Under the pieces are notes generated by a model. That model was not told the DNA's origin. It did no database searches and worked only from the letters and a program-made list of their open reading frames with translations. Position numbers and translations under genes: made by a program. A DNA stretch of 64,000 nt from Paragordius varius (Eukaryota > Animalia > Nematomorpha), in contig OZ176053.1 in NCBI GenBank assembly GCA_964247055.1, forward strand, positions 7,130,001 to 7,194,000, in the 5' to 3' direction. Each line of letters opens with the position of its first letter. The first letter of the stretch is position 1. Positions 63,544-64,000 of this stretch are shown piece by piece.

Positions 63544-64000
63544 GTATTTTGTAGAATTGATGTTTTAAATAAAATATGGGTTTTAAAAGTCTACCTTATT
63601 TATATTTAATAATTACTAATTTCGCTCCTTTTAATCATTAAATATGCATAAATTACTAGGAATTAACCATCCTATATATTGTAATTATTATAATTAAAAT
63701 TTTTAACAAAAAATAATATTTAATAGGTTAATATTAAATATTAATTTAAATTTATAAGTTAAAATTTTTTAATTATTTTTATGAATGGATATTTTTATTT
63801 TTAATTATTGTTATTATTATGAGTATGCAGACAAATTAATTTGCTTTCTGTCTGTCTAGTTTATGATTTACACTTAAAAATATGTGTTTTAAAATTTTAC
63901 TCTCTTAATTTGTAAATTTATATTTATTAGACTTTTCAAAAAGATATATTATTGTATATTAATTAATTTCTAGGAATAAAAATTTGGTATTATTTTTTTA

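Overview
This is very AT-rich eukaryotic, probably animal-like, genomic DNA using the standard genetic code; no rRNA, tRNA or CRISPR was seen. Two conserved housekeeping genes lie in the right third. One is an RNA polymerase III RPC7/POLR3G-family subunit (50184-52866) and the other an RCAN/calcipressin (from 62937, incomplete). Both have ultra-short GT-AG introns of 21, 25, 29 and 45 nt. Most of the window is transposon-derived: two Ty3/gypsy families, RTE-type LINEs, a nearly intact Buster/SPIN-type hAT with a perfect 8-bp TSD, hAT derivatives, Tc1-like elements, piggyBac-like MITEs and a foldback-type element. The left 40 kb is an amplicon built from interlocking kilobase palindromes. It carries at least nine copies or fragments of one gene family. 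The only long intact member (35819-37063) has a K/R-rich N-terminus, an S/T-rich repeat region and a C-terminal domain that resembles the INCENP IN-box (Aurora B binding). That resemblance was judged by eye, not by a search. Coordinates of decayed elements and palindrome arms are approximate. Single-base frameshifts at homopolymers suggest some indel error in the assembly.
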